64,000 bases of DNA from Lama guanicoe (GCA_013239625.1 MU054391.1:6469824-6533823); one strand, 5' to 3'; counted from the first letter of the stretch, positions 1-12,481 are shown. The notes: generated by a model not told the origin, from the sequence alone. Program-made: numbers and translations.

Positions 1-1494
1 GACCTGTTACTTGGCAGGATGGTTGCATCTTATAGGGCACTCCTCTCGACGGATGCTCTGAGCCACCAGTGTTCTGACCCCAGATCCTGGTGCCCATTCA
101 CTATGCTCCCCTTTGAGAGGTGCTGATGGAGAAGTCAGCCCTGCCCAGTCACCTTGACCCCAGGGAGGACAGTGAGCACTGCCCCCGTGATTTCACCATC
201 TCGGTGAGTGGTGGCCTCCGGTCCTGTTTCTTAAATAAAAGCACAGAGGCAGAGCCCTCTGGGGACAGTGCAGGTGCCCCCCAGTGTGTTGGCCCCTGCT
301 GGTCTCCCTGAGGGTAGCGCTGATGAAGATTCAGAGGTTTAGGCTGCTGTTTGTAACCGCTGTCCCTCACTCCCTCCAAATACACGAAGCCCCTAAAAGG
401 TGATGTCTCCCATGGCTGGGCGGCTGGGAGAACATCTCAGCCAGACCAGGAACAAAGCCTTCCTGTTGTCTCAGGGCGGCAGAGCCACTCAGGTGTGGCT
501 GGGCGGCTCAGATGACAGAGATGGGCCGCCAGGACCCACCCCTGTGTAGTCCTGCAGATCTCCTGCTGGCAGGCTGGTGCCCGGCCTGTGTCTCTGGGGA
601 CGCAGGTGGGGCCAGGAAGCTCGGGAATCTGAGTGTGGCTCACTGGGCATCCCTTACATCACAGAGGTCCCAGCCCCTCCTGGGACAATTAGGCAGTGAT
701 TCTGGAAGGGTCTTCAAGGAGGGGCTCTCAGAGCACCTGTGTCAGGTGCGGCATCCGGGAGGGCATGGTGTACCCCCACTCCAAACCTGGAAGTACACGG
801 TAGTTTGTGGGGCTGGCCACACCCCACCCAGCGCGAGTGAGGCGAGGCTGAGCAGGGCAGGGTGGGCAGGGCTGTGCTCTACGCCCACTTGGGACAGTGC
901 TCACTGGCATGGCTGTTCTGGGGATGCAGGCAGTGATGAGGGCTCTGGGCACATCGGGGCTTCGGCTGATTGGGGAGCAGAGCAGTTGTAGAGGACAGAA
1001 CCCGGCTTCTTCTAGTCCTGGGGACCCAGAGAGTGACTTTGGCAGGAAAACTTGGCTAGCACTCCCCCTGTGCCTGGAACCACACTGGGCTGTTATGTCC
1101 CACGTCACCCCTATGGGCCAGGTATCACCTTCCTCTGATTTCAGGTGGAGAAGCTGGCTGAGAGGCCGAGTGGCATCTCCCAGGACCTGCAGGTGTAAAC
1201 AGTACAGCATAACCAGGAAACTGACATGGGCACTGTTGCTATGTGAGGTGTTACCAGTGGGGGAAATGGGTACATGGGATCTCTGTGCACCATTTTTGTA
1301 ATTTATCATGAATCTATAATCATTTCAAAATAAAAAGGTTCTAAAAATTGTAAGAAAAGTTATAAATCTTATTTTAAAAATCAAACATATCAAAAAGGAA
1401 AGATTGAAAACATGAAAGGCCTACCATGACATCACCTACCCCTACCCTTGCAACTCCTGCTCCCTTTAATCTCCCTAAAGGTAACCAATATTTA

Positions 1495-1608
1495 GGGGGG
1501 AAGGTATAGCTCAGCGGTAGAGGGCGTGCTTAGCATGCATGAGGTTCAATCCCCAGTGCTTCCATTAAAAATAAATAAATAAACCTAATTACCTCTCCCT
1601 AAAAAAAA
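1495..1608 (+). mobile_element. tRNA-derived SINE, camelid Vic-1-like
   Basis: ggtatagctcagcggtagag A box, gttcaatccc B box, (aaat)n-acctaattacc tail; TSD accaatattt at 1484-1493 and 1613-1622. Confidence 0.85.
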
Positions 1609-2874
1609 GCTTACCAATATTTTAAAGTCCAAAGTGGGTCCTCCCATCTATATAAATATATATATATTTCAACTCAAAATTGCTCATGTCCTACAGATTG
1701 CCCCCCTCTTCCGTGTAGTGATTCCTGAGATGTTCCGGCAGCAGTCATGATGGGAGATTGTTGTGTTGTTGATGTGGTGTAAATAGTCCTACCGTAGCCA
1801 AGTGCAAGAAGCTGCCAGTGAGGTGCCACTGAACGTGGGCTCGAGGAGAGAATCGGGAGGAGAGGGGAGGGGCTCAGACTCCCAGGAGCCGCGGGGACCG
1901 GCCCTCGTCCACGGTGGCAGCATGTGTGAACCTACCCGGCGGCACCGTATTCCATGACGTGGGTGCTGTGCTTTGTTGAACCAATTCCACTTCATGGGCT
2001 CTGCTGTTAACTTGTGAGCCCCGAGGGGCAGGAACTAGTGTTTTCAATTCCCGACAGCTCCAGACAAGTCAGAAGGGCTCCCTGTGGCGCTGAGCTGCTG
2101 GTTTCAGTGACCTCAAAACACTCATTCGCAGTGATCGTCTTAGCAGCTGCTGCGTTTTGAGGGTTTCCCGTGAATTGGGCCTGGTGGGCATTTTTTGTTC
2201 ACTGTTGTGAGTCCTCGGGGAGGACGTTATCACCCCTGCGGGGCAGATGGGGTCCTGAGGCCGGGCATCGGAAAGCAGGAGAGCTGGGCCTTGGGCCCTC
2301 CTTGTCTCACTTCCCTGCCAACTTCAAGAGGGGATCTGAGATGTGTTCCTGAAACTTCCAGAACAGAAGATCTCCTTAATGTCAGGCCAGTGACCTGCCT
2401 CTAAACAGAAAAGAGCCTTCCCACCCACGCAGAACAGGAGGGGGCTGCCGTGGGGCACAGCTGGGCCTGGGGCTGGACTGTGATTTGTCCCCATAGAAGC
2501 CAGGACAGGGTCAGTCCAAGCTGACCTCTAGCCAAGCCTGAGGGCGTCTGGAGTGGAGACTGTGGGGGCCCAGACCAAAAAATATAGGCTAGAAATTAGG
2601 ACAAGATTCTGCTTGCTGAGTGATGCTAGAAAAGCCATTTATGTCTCGAGCCTCATATCTGCAAAGTGGGGACAAAATTAATGTCTTCCCTACCCGCCAC
2701 GGGCTCCCTGTGGGGCCGAGTGCTGGAAGGTCTGGGAGAGCAGACCAATGAGGAAGGTAAGCCACCTGGCCGACGGGCAGGGGTCAGTGTTTTCTCTTAA
2801 GTGCACCAGGAGCAGTGTGTGGCAGTTTTGAAAAGTTCCATCCACTCTTTAAAGTCTTTTGCTTTTCTAAATAG

Positions 2875-2966
2875 CAACTGGCACAGATCGAGACTGATCT
2901 GAAGTCCCGAACGGCCGCCTACAACACTCTGAAGACCAACCTGGAGAATCTGGAGAAGAAATCTAT
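2875..2966 (+). CDS. ATP6V1C2: V-type H+-ATPase subunit C2, internal coding exon (exon 6 by human numbering); gene 5' end lies outside the window
   Basis: atag|CAACTG...TCTAT|gtgagt; translates [30 protein letters not shown](M). Confidence 0.97.
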
Positions 2967-5167
2967 GTGAGTAGCCCCGTTCCCTCGCTCCTTGCAGCCT
3001 CGGGCCTGGCTGGGCAGCGTCCTGGCTCACTGGGTGAGCCGGCGTCTGTGTCTGTGCTGAGAGAGAGAGCCAGCTAGACACACAGACAGACACAGAGGCA
3101 CCCCTGCCTCTTCAGGAGCCGCGTGCTGGGGGAGGAGGACCTGGAGCAGATGAGGGGGCTCTGCCTGTGCCCAGAGAGGAGTGTGATGCTGGAAGCTTCT
3201 TCGTTTTCTCAACCTCCCTTACTCAACTCCCTTACTGAGGACACCTGAGGTGTTCTCCCAAACTCCTTCCGTGGAAGCTTTACAGAGGCCCCTCCCCACA
3301 CCCAGCAGCAAGAGGCTGCATGTGGGAGGGAGGAGCTGCCTGGCCCACAGACACAACTAGTCACCAAGATAGAAGGTAACCGGAGAAGAGCACAAACCCA
3401 GGGTCATGACAGCAGTGACTATCTTGTGAGGTAGTGAGCACCCTGTTGTTGGAGGTATGTAAGAAGAAGCCTTCTGCTGGGGAGGCTGGAGGTCTCTCTT
3501 GAGCAGGGCTGTGTTGGCATGGGGGGATCCTCCCAGTCTCCCCCGATAGTGGATCTGATTTTGTTGGCAGTTCTGTGAAAACTCCAGAGAAGGGCAGTGG
3601 CCCTCGGGAGCTCAGAACCAGCTGTCCCCTCATATGGCCACCCCTCTGATGGCTTCACCCTGTGAGCTGCACGCCCCCCCCCACTTCTGTTTTTCTCTTC
3701 TGATGGGTACAGGGTCAGCTGTCTCTTGTGAAAAAAGCAAATAGTAAATTAGTGGAAAATTGAAAACCAAAGGGGGAATGCTCTCTAACGAGAAACCATC
3801 GTTGTTGGCTGCCTGATTTTGTATCAGAACTAAATGGGCATCAGCTGAGTTCTGCTGCCTCCCTGGCCCTACCAAGGAGGAGTGAGGTGGGCAGAGGGGG
3901 AGGGCACCAGCGGCAGAGAGCCCTCAGGGCGACCGTGGCATAGATCTGTCATGGCTCCAATCAGTGGACCTTGGGGACGTTTGACTGCGGGGCCATCACG
4001 CCTGGCATCATTCGGGACTTCCTCAGAATTGTTTGGGACTGGAGCAAACCTGGTCCCACCTCTGCAGTCAACTGGTGGAGCTGATTCGTTGTAACAGTGA
4101 TTGATGGATTGAATGTCTACACTGAGTAAAGGCGGGGAGGGTGAAGAGGGAGAAACCGTCTTCACCACCCTCTTCTGTTAGTCTTTTCCTTCTTTTGTTC
4201 AGTGTTCATTAAGCACTTACTATACTCTGGTCTCGTGCCAGGCCCTTAAAATGCAAACCAGAATGAAATATAATTTCTGTAGGGTTCACAATTCATTCAT
4301 TCAGCAAACGTTTATGGAAAGTTGGCTTTGTTTGCACAGACAGATAAGGCCTGATAGTGTTCAGGACGCGCCAGGAAAGGAAGACAAGTACAGGTGCCTT
4401 TGGAGAGGGATCCTTAGGGCCTCGCAGTGGTGGCTGCGCCGGGGGGGAGAGGAGTGCGGCTCCAGGGCAGACTGGAGAGCCTCTGTAGGGTGGTTTTGAC
4501 CTAAAGCTTCGGCCTTGGCTAAGGGCTTGAGAACCCTCTCCTCGGGAAGCAGCGGGCACTGATGTGTTCGTTAGCATCATGGCCCACGTGCTGATGCTAC
4601 AGGCCGTCTTAGTAGCTGTATTTTGGCCCATTTGTTGATACAACAGCCTTGATCCCTGGGCTAAAAATACCATGACCTCGAAGAGACCAGGTTCCACTGG
4701 ACACATACTAAGCTCCTTCAGGTGACTGTCCCCAGCAGGCCTGTACCTCGTGTAAAGTGAAACGGAGCTCTCTCTGGGTCTGTGTCTGCCCAGGACAGCC
4801 CAGGTGGCTCCGAGAGCTGGCCGCTGTGTTGACACTTGAGTAACTTAAGCTGTCCTCCGCCAGCAATCCCCTCCCAACAGCCGGCAGTTCACACCCGGGC
4901 GGCACAGGTGACTGGGTGTTGCGTTCAGCTCGGGTGACTGGTGATAGCACCTGGGGTCCTGCCAGCCACAGCACATCTGGCCACCCAGACCCAGAGCCAG
5001 GTGGATGCTTAGCCCAAGGCCCCTGCCCCTCCCCAGGGAGCATCCTGAGCCTCCGTTTCCTGCTGCCCCTGCTGTCCCAGCACCTGCGTGTCCTGGGTGT
5101 GCCGGGGGTCTGTCTGCTTCCGTGTGCCTTTCTGCTGGTCACACTCCTTTGTCCCTCTTGGATTCAG

Positions 5168-5266
5168 GGGAAACCTCTTTACTCGGACACTGAGCGATAT
5201 TGTGAGCAAAGAAGACTTTGTGTTGGATTCCGAGTATCTGATCACACTTCTGGTCATTGTCCCCAA
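5168..5266 (+). CDS. ATP6V1C2: ATP6V1C2 coding exon (exon 7)
   Basis: ttcag|G...CCCAA|gtaagt; [32 protein letters not shown](K); phase continuous with neighbours. Confidence 0.97.
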
Positions 5267-5880
5267 GTAAGTGGGCCAGGAAGGTGGGTGGTTAGGGGTC
5301 TCAGCTGGGGCGGGGGATCCCAGAAGGAAGCTAGTCCTGCCCAACTGAGAGGAAGGGGGAGTCCCCCACAGCCAGATCCCGGGGCCCTAAGTGGCAGCCG
5401 TGTGGGTGGTAACAGGAGCAGGTGACAGTGCCTGTGGCCGTGACAGCAGTGACAGAAGCAGCCATTCCTTGAGCATCTGCTGTGTGCCCAGTGCCACAGA
5501 CTGGCACTCACTTCACTCATAACAAGCCTGCGGCGGGGGGCCGGGTACTGTTTCCTTGTCCTGAGGCCAGGGAGGTCAGTCGACTTGCCCAAGGCCACTC
5601 AGGGCCACGGTTAGAAAGCTCCCAGCAGGAATCTCTGGCTGAGTCCCTACCATTGGCCCTTTCGTGGCACCTGGGCCCTTTTGGGGAGGCTGGGCCCAGG
5701 ATGGGGTGGGAGGAAAGCCCCAGTGCCCAATGGCGGAGCCTCAGGGAATGTTTGGGGCTCTCTCTGGCCCCAGCCCTGCTCATCTCAGTTCCTTGGGGAG
5801 GGGGATGCAGCTTCCTAAACATTCAGGACACCTCACAGCCTTTTCTTCAAAAATCACTGCCCTGTCCTATTCTCTTGCAG

Positions 5881-5949
5881 ACCAAGCTACGCACAATGGC
5901 AGAAAACCTATGAATCCCTCTCTGACATGGTAGTTCCTCGGTCGACCAA
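5881..5949 (+). CDS. ATP6V1C2: ATP6V1C2 coding exon (exon 8)
   Basis: ttgcag|A...ACCAA|gtaagt; [22 protein letters not shown](K). Confidence 0.97.
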
Positions 5950-6709
5950 GTAAGTGAGATCCCAGCTTGGCCCCAGGGCCTGGGGCTGGGGGACATGTGT
6001 CGGTGCTCTGGTACCCAACCACCAAACATGCCCCGAGGGTGCAAGGGCCCTCAGCCCTCCACACTTGTGCCTATCCCTGGAGTTCCTTCATGGCCACACC
6101 CAGCCACATGCCGGACTCCCTCCATCTTTCAGAACTCCGCTCTCCTGCCCCCTCCTCCAGGAAGCCCTCCCTGACTACCTTCAGGCAGAGGTTGCCTTCC
6201 GCACGTGCAGGGCCTGTGCTACACTCCACTCTGTATTCCCAGCTTAGTGTCGATGCTTCCCCACCTGAGGGTCAAGCAAGCGCCTGGCCATGATGGCCAC
6301 AGAGCTCAAGCAGGAGAGGAAAACAGTGTCAGTTGTGCGGCCTGCTGGGGTCAGGGCAGGAGCGGCCAGAGAGGGCTGGAAAAGTGACAGGAGAAGGGAT
6401 AGAGAAACATATTCAAATCGTGAATACCATTCAGCTGGGAAAACCAACTATTTAGAGCTGCCTGCAGGAGCAGGGATAAATCTCATTGTATGATGTTAAG
6501 CAGAAAGCAAGTTGTAGAAGAGGACACAGAGCACAAAGCCATTCATTTAAGATCAAAAAATGGATGAAAGTAAACTGTATGTTACTTGGGCCTAGACAGG
6601 GACACAGAGCTATGGGGTGTTTAAAGATGAGAAACCCCAAACTCAGCACAGCAGTGACCTTGGGGTGGGGAGGGCACGTGCGGCTTCTACTGTATGAAAA
6701 TTGTTTTCT

Positions 6710-7102
6710 TTCTTTCTTTTTTTGTTTAAGTTTTTTTATTTTGATGAAGTTCATCGATTTTTTTCATTTTTTAGTTTTATTAGGTAGAACTGTTACAATT
6801 TGACTGCACATTTACAATATGTTGCATGTAAACACATACATACAATATACTGCACGTATTTTTTTAGTTTACATTTATGTACTGATCATTGTTACTACTA
6901 ACAGTTTAGAGCTGTAGCTTTTTAAACTTACATAGTTATCAAAGGAATAAAGCCAACTACAAAATAGGAATCAACACAAGGCAGTAACCAGTCATAGAGG
7001 ACAGTCGAACGTGTGTACTACACGTATTCAAGAAATCTGTCATCTAAGTTATAAATAATAAGTAGGTCATTTGTGTCCTTTTTTTTTTTTTGATTCCACA
7101 TA
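6710..7102 (-). mobile_element. TSD-flanked poly(A)-tailed retro-insertion (short L1 3' piece plus unidentified sequence) inside an old L1
   Basis: TSD aaaattgttttct at 6697-6709 and 7107-7119; T-rich tail at the left end; two minus-strand AATAAA. Confidence 0.75.
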
Positions 7103-8426
7103 TATAAAAATTGTTTTCTGTCTTAAGCTGGGTGGGGGAGACATGGGTATTCGTTAGTCTCCATACTTCTTCCTGTGTCTGAAATAGCTTGTCATTTTAA
7201 ATGATTTGACAGCGAATCTTGGGCAGCCGTGCTGTCATCTGCCTCCCAGCACACGGAGCCCAGTGTGAGGGCAGCCCTGCCCACTCCCATCCCAGCCCGG
7301 AAGCCTCTGGCCTGGGGCAACTGCTACAAGGCTGGTTTACCCAGAGTCACAAACTCACAGGAGATAGCCATCTGGAGCTAAACTGAGGGGTGCAGGGAAC
7401 AGGACGATCACAGCCTGAGGTCACAAGGGGAGACTGGAGGAGTAAGCCAGGGGCCACCCTACCTGCAGGAGGAGGAGGGCATCCAGGCGGGCAGAGGAGC
7501 TGGCCCTGGAGGCTGGCCGGCTTGGCAGGAGTGTTCACTCCTCTCCAGGGCCGGCTCTCCATGGCCAAGTGCTGCCCCCCGCCCACCACACTGTCACTGG
7601 GAGAGGCTACTTCTGTAGGTGGCCTGGGTCTCAGACAAGAACCCCAGGCCCTTCCTTGTCTGAGGGCACCTGAGAGTCTGCAGAGATGACTGGAAAGGTT
7701 TCTAGAACCTGGGGTCAGCCCCTGTGGGTGTGGGCTCTGAGAAGCAGGGAAGGTGACCCGGTCAGCAGGCCCAAGAGAACTGCCTGGGGCCAAGGGCTCC
7801 CAGTATCAGGTCATCTGGCCAGCAGGACTCAAAGACACTTAGACCACCAGCCCCAGTGACCTCCATGTTAGGGACAGCAGCCGTAGTGGTCCTACATCAA
7901 GGTGTGCCAGGGAGGCCGTGTCCGTTAAACACTGTGACCCTGGATGTGAAATGCCCATTGTGGGATGGTTTCCACCAGCTGGAACTCTGCCTGCTTCATT
8001 ACAGCCAGGGCACGTCAGAGCCAGGCTCCTACGCACATGAGGTGACTAAGACCTGGGAGCAGCTTGCTCTTGGCCATTTCATGACCAGGAGCCAACCCCA
8101 GCTCTGCACAGGTCTCCAGTGTTTTCCTCCCCTTGAGGGCCTGCATTTAGATCACCTGCAGGCCCTGAGACCTCAGCCTGGAGGGTGAGTGGAAGAGGCA
8201 GGACACTATGGCAAGGAGCAGGCAGCCAAAAGCCACACGGCACAGGTGCGAGGAAACAGCGAGGGACATCCCTGGTCTCCTGCCCTCGGCGCCGGGCCAC
8301 CGGGCTGACTGAGGGGACGCAGTGCCTCTTGCAACGACTCCCTCCCCGGGGGAGAGGACAGGCTCCTCCTGGCCCAGCTCCAGGGCCTGCAGGGGAGTCC
8401 GCTGAACAAATGCTTCTCTCCAACAG

Positions 8427-8519
8427 ACTGATTGCCGAGGACAACAACGATGGCCTCTTCACAGTGACTCTGTTTCGAAAAGTGATCGATGATTTCAAAA
8501 TCAAAGCCAAAGAGAACAA
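8427..8519 (+). CDS. ATP6V1C2: ATP6V1C2 coding exon (exon 9)
   Basis: caacag|A...AACAA|gtaaga; [30 protein letters not shown](K). Confidence 0.97.
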
Positions 8520-8629
8520 GTAAGAGCTGGCCTCAATGGGCTTCTCCGGGTTTGTTTTGTCTCCACTGGAGGGGTCTCTACTCTGAGTGGGAGCTTCTTA
8601 GTGAAGGCCTCTCGTGTGCTTGTTTTAAG

Positions 8630-8723
8630 GTTCACTGTCCGTGAATTTTACTATGATGAGAAAGAAATTAAAAGGGAAAAGGAAGAGATGACCAGGTTGC
8701 TGTCAGATAAGAAGCAACACTAT
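8630..8723 (+). CDS. ATP6V1C2: ATP6V1C2 coding exon (exon 10)
   Basis: ttttaag|G...CACTAT|gtgagt; [31 protein letters not shown]. Confidence 0.97.
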
Positions 8724-10778
8724 GTGAGTACAAGATACCAGCTGGGAGGGTTTTTGTGCAAGATGTTGGGTGGGCCCCCTCCCACCTGCATCCGAGGTCT
8801 GGAGCAGAAGGGCCCTGCCTAGTCCTCACTGCCCAGCTCCCCTCGGGCCCGCTCCCCAGGTGCACACCACCAGGAACATGTGTTCTGCTGGGGCTGCCAG
8901 AGCAGGGTCTGGGGGAGGCTGACAAGCACAGGTCACATGGAGGTGGCTTGGACCCGTGAGCTGCAGCGCTGAGCACCTGCCACATGAGCGCGAGCTCACG
9001 GAGTCCTGGCACTGCCCTCCGGGAAGGGACTCAGCTCCGTCCTGCGGGGGAGACCCTGAGGCTCTGAGAGACACGGGCATTTGCTCTAGGAGAGGAGCCT
9101 GCCTGCCCCGCTGAGGCTGAGCAAGGCCAGGGCTCCAGGAAGGAGCACCTGGGCCCAGAGTGCGCGGTGCCACCACCTGGGAGAGTGCAGCCAGCGGTCA
9201 CCCCAAAGTCCCTGTCGGTGTGATTTCCGGGCATGATGTGACGTCCTCCGTCACCAGCACCTATATTTACCTCCTCTGTGCTTTTAGCAAAGAGTGAGTG
9301 CTTACCCTAGAGACTTCCGACCACAGCCACTCAGAACCTTCTTGTGTGTGAGGGCAGCCGGGCTCGAGAGGGAGAAAAACAAGCGTTCATTTTTGAAATT
9401 GGAACAGTGTAGCCTTGAGAAAGCCACTCCTTAAAATGGGCACATTGTGGACGTGGCATCCTCTCGCTGAGCCAGGCAGGCGTGACTGGGTGGGATGTTT
9501 CCAGGTACCCGACGACCCCCCCGCCCCAGCCTCTCCAGGGAAGGATCTCAGGGAAGCTTCCAGTTCAGCCTGTAGTGTGGAGGGGAGGGGAGGGGTGAGG
9601 AAAGCTGGTGTGTAATCATGAAGCTGCAATTATGTGCTTGGATCCAGAGCAAGTGCTTCCCACGAGGACAAGTGTTTGCCCCGGGCCTTCTCCAGCATCG
9701 GGCTGGGGAGTCCTGCACGTCCGGCCTGACCTTTCTGGGTCAGTGGCCTTTCCACAGGGTCTCTGGACAAGTTGCCCCCTCAGGAGTGAGAACCAGCCAC
9801 GGGGCCCCTGAAGTGGGGCCCTCAGAGCCCCACTGGACAGACCTACCCTGCTCTTTGAGGAAACTGGAACTGACCATATAAAAGTGCCCATAATTTCAGC
9901 CCTCCTCCCCACAAGCATCAGCGCGCCTACGTGTGTGGATGTGTTTGTGCACACTGAGGGAACACACACTTAGGTCCACAATCTGTCGGGCTGGGGCTGA
10001 CGCTCTGGGGCCTAACACGTCTTCCTGAGACAAATGGCTAAGCCGGGGCCCCGTACCCCGGGCCTCAGACTGACTCCCCAGGTCAGAAGGAGGCTCACCG
10101 ACAAGAGCTGAGGTCGAAAGGGCTTCCTCCTTCAGCTCAGATGGCCCAAAACCCTAATAACCCAGCGGCGTCCCAGCCTTCTCTTTAGCTGAGCCTTCTC
10201 CCCACCTGCTACCATCCTGGCCTGAGCGCCCCACGGTGTCTCTCGCTAGTAGCAGCTTTCCCAAGTGTCCGGGGCAGGCCTTGGCACCCACCTCCGCGCT
10301 GGCACAGACCCCCAGGGATAGAGGAGATAGACCAGAGCCTGACGCCTGTGCCCTGGTCTCAGGTTGCCTGCTGATGCTTTATCATGTGGTGTAGACTTCT
10401 GCACCCCACGCTGCCCCGGGGAGCCCTGCCCCGTCTCTGTCGGCGTGGGGTGGGGACAGACCACCCACTAGCCAGGGAGCAGAGTTCAGCTGGGGTCAGT
10501 CCTATCCCAGCCTTTGTTTGTGTTTTTTTGTTGTTGTTGTTTTGGGGGATAATTAGGTTTTATTTATTTGTTTGTACTGGGGATTCATTAATCCTTAATG
10601 TAAAGTTCAGCTTAACTTTGTCCATAATGTAGATAATAACTCACTGGTTCATTTAAGTTAGTTAAATGCCCATATTAATAATATTAATGAAAACAATAAT
10701 GAATTTATATCAATAACATTTGTGAAATGTTATTTTCTTAACAACATGCATATAGCTTTGACTATTTTTATGTAGGGA

Positions 10779-10851
10779 TTTTTTTTGTTTTTTGGTGGAA
10801 GTCCTGGGGATTGAACCCAGGACCTTGTACTTGCTAAGCATGTGCTCTACC
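10779..10851 (-). mobile_element. Vic-1-like SINE (a second, tail-only fragment lies at 10513-10585)
   Basis: ggggattgaacccaggacc...gctaagcatgtgctctacc is the reverse complement of the SINE head. Confidence 0.8.
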
Positions 10852-11490
10852 TGCCCACCCTGCCCTGGCTTCTTAAGAATCTCTTTTCCCCTTTAGCCCT
10901 TTTGCAGGTGGGTATGACCAGCATCCCGTGTCCTTTTTGTTATTTGCAAACCAGAGGGGATGGGCTAGGTCCCAGGTTTCAGTTCCCTTTGAGAGCACAG
11001 GATGGTATTTTTCTGTGCTTTGAACCTGTATGTTTGCAAAGAAAGATGATAAAGGGTGAGATGTCCTCTTGTCATGCCTGGCTGATTTTCTGCATTTGCA
11101 CGCTTAAGTGCACCCTGGTTGCCAAGGAGGCTACTGTGGGCTGGACTTGGGGAGACGCCTTGGCCGAGCTCAGACAACCCGGCAGGCAGAGCTGGTTCCC
11201 CTAAGCCCCCCAGCCTGGGTCTCCTGTTGTAGGGGAGCTCCTGGCCAAGGCCAGGCTGAGGGAGGGGCTGTGGGCCCTGCCTCTGGAATCTGGAGCCCGA
11301 GGACTTGAACACCCCACCCCCCAGGAGTGGACGGCACGGCCACACCTCCAGTCCAGCTGGCACGCCAGTCCCAAGGGTGGGCCAGCATTCCTGAACTTGC
11401 CTTCATGGCCTTTGAGGCCGTGAGAATGATTTCTGTTTGTTTGTGATGCATGTTTGCTGAAAGATTAATAAATCATTTCTGTGCCTTTAG

Positions 11491-11628
11491 CATATTTCCA
11501 GTGTTGCTCTTAAAAAGGGACCGTCCACCTTCCCGGACCACAAGGTTAAGGTAACCCCGCTAGGGAACCCTGATAGGGCTGCGGCGGGGCAGACCGGCAG
11601 AGAGAGAGAGAGTGAGGGCGAGGGTGAG
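11491..11628 (+). CDS. ATP6V1C2: ATP6V1C2 alternatively spliced 46-aa cassette exon (C2-a long isoform insert, exon 11)
   Basis: ctttag|CAT...GAG|gtaagc; 138 nt, phase 0-0; [46 protein letters not shown] resembles the known C2-a insert. Confidence 0.93.
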
Positions 11629-12481
11629 GTAAGCAACCCCCCGGAGCCCTGGGGTTCCCTGGCTCGCATGTCCTTGCCAAGCGCAGTGGTCTTTTGAGAA
11701 AAGCAATCCTTGCATTTCCTGTTATCTGATATGGCTTTGAGGTCTTAAATTCAGGGATCCCAGAATCATGCCTTCCTCCTAATCTGCAGGGCCTCTTTGG
11801 AGCTGCCCCTCCTCCTTCCCCAGCAATGATTGGTGGGTGCCTTTGTCCTGGCTGGAGGTGGCTGGAGCTGGTGATGGGGCAGGTCCTGGCTGAGGGGTGG
11901 CGGTCGGGCAGCCCGGCTCTTTTCCTCTGGGTGCCCTGGCTGGACCCACCCCTGACCTTTTTTGGGCAGTTGTGGGTATCAGGTGGAAGCTCAGAGCCTT
12001 TGCTCTGAGACTCTGAGCTTCCCTGGACAACCAGCCACGCCAGCATCAGTGATAGCAGCTATGGCCCCGTGAAATGGGGCTGTGAGGAACCCTCTGGAAG
12101 TGGCAGCTGGTGGATGATGCCATGAGCTGGGGCAGAGCCTTCGAGGAGGGGGGCTCCTTGGCAGTGCAGTGTCAGACAGAAGCCTGCCAGCTGCCTGCTG
12201 GAAGCCCTGAGGTCAGGGGCTGTTCAGCCCCGCAGCCTGGTCGGTGGTGGCCCCTCGCATGTGCCGGGTGGCTGGCCCACTGAGCGTCCCTGGCACCAGG
12301 CGCCCTCGAGAACGTGGGCCTGGGCCTCGCCCTGGCCTCATCCAACCGATGGGCTGCTTCTGCTGGCCCCTGGGCATTTCTTCTCAGCTCCAGGCTCAGC
12401 TCTGTCAAAACCCATGTCCTTTGTTGGCCTGGCATCAGGGAGAGTGGCCCTGAGGGGTCACCCACTCTCCTGTCTCTGCAG

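Noticed and set aside
1495..1570. tRNA-like sequences (also at 10800, 40550, 43750, 60420)
   Set aside because: A/B boxes are followed by AT-rich tails, most copies have TSDs, and the copies are mutually diverged: SINEs, not tRNA genes.
10586..10778. AT-rich block as a possible NUMT
   Set aside because: I could not recognise mitochondrial gene, tRNA or control-region motifs; origin left open (see findings).
10897..10913. tttag|CCCTTTTGCAG|gtgggt as an 11-nt microexon or recursive AG|GT site
   Set aside because: 11 nt would frameshift, the intron is short for recursive splicing, and there is no other support.
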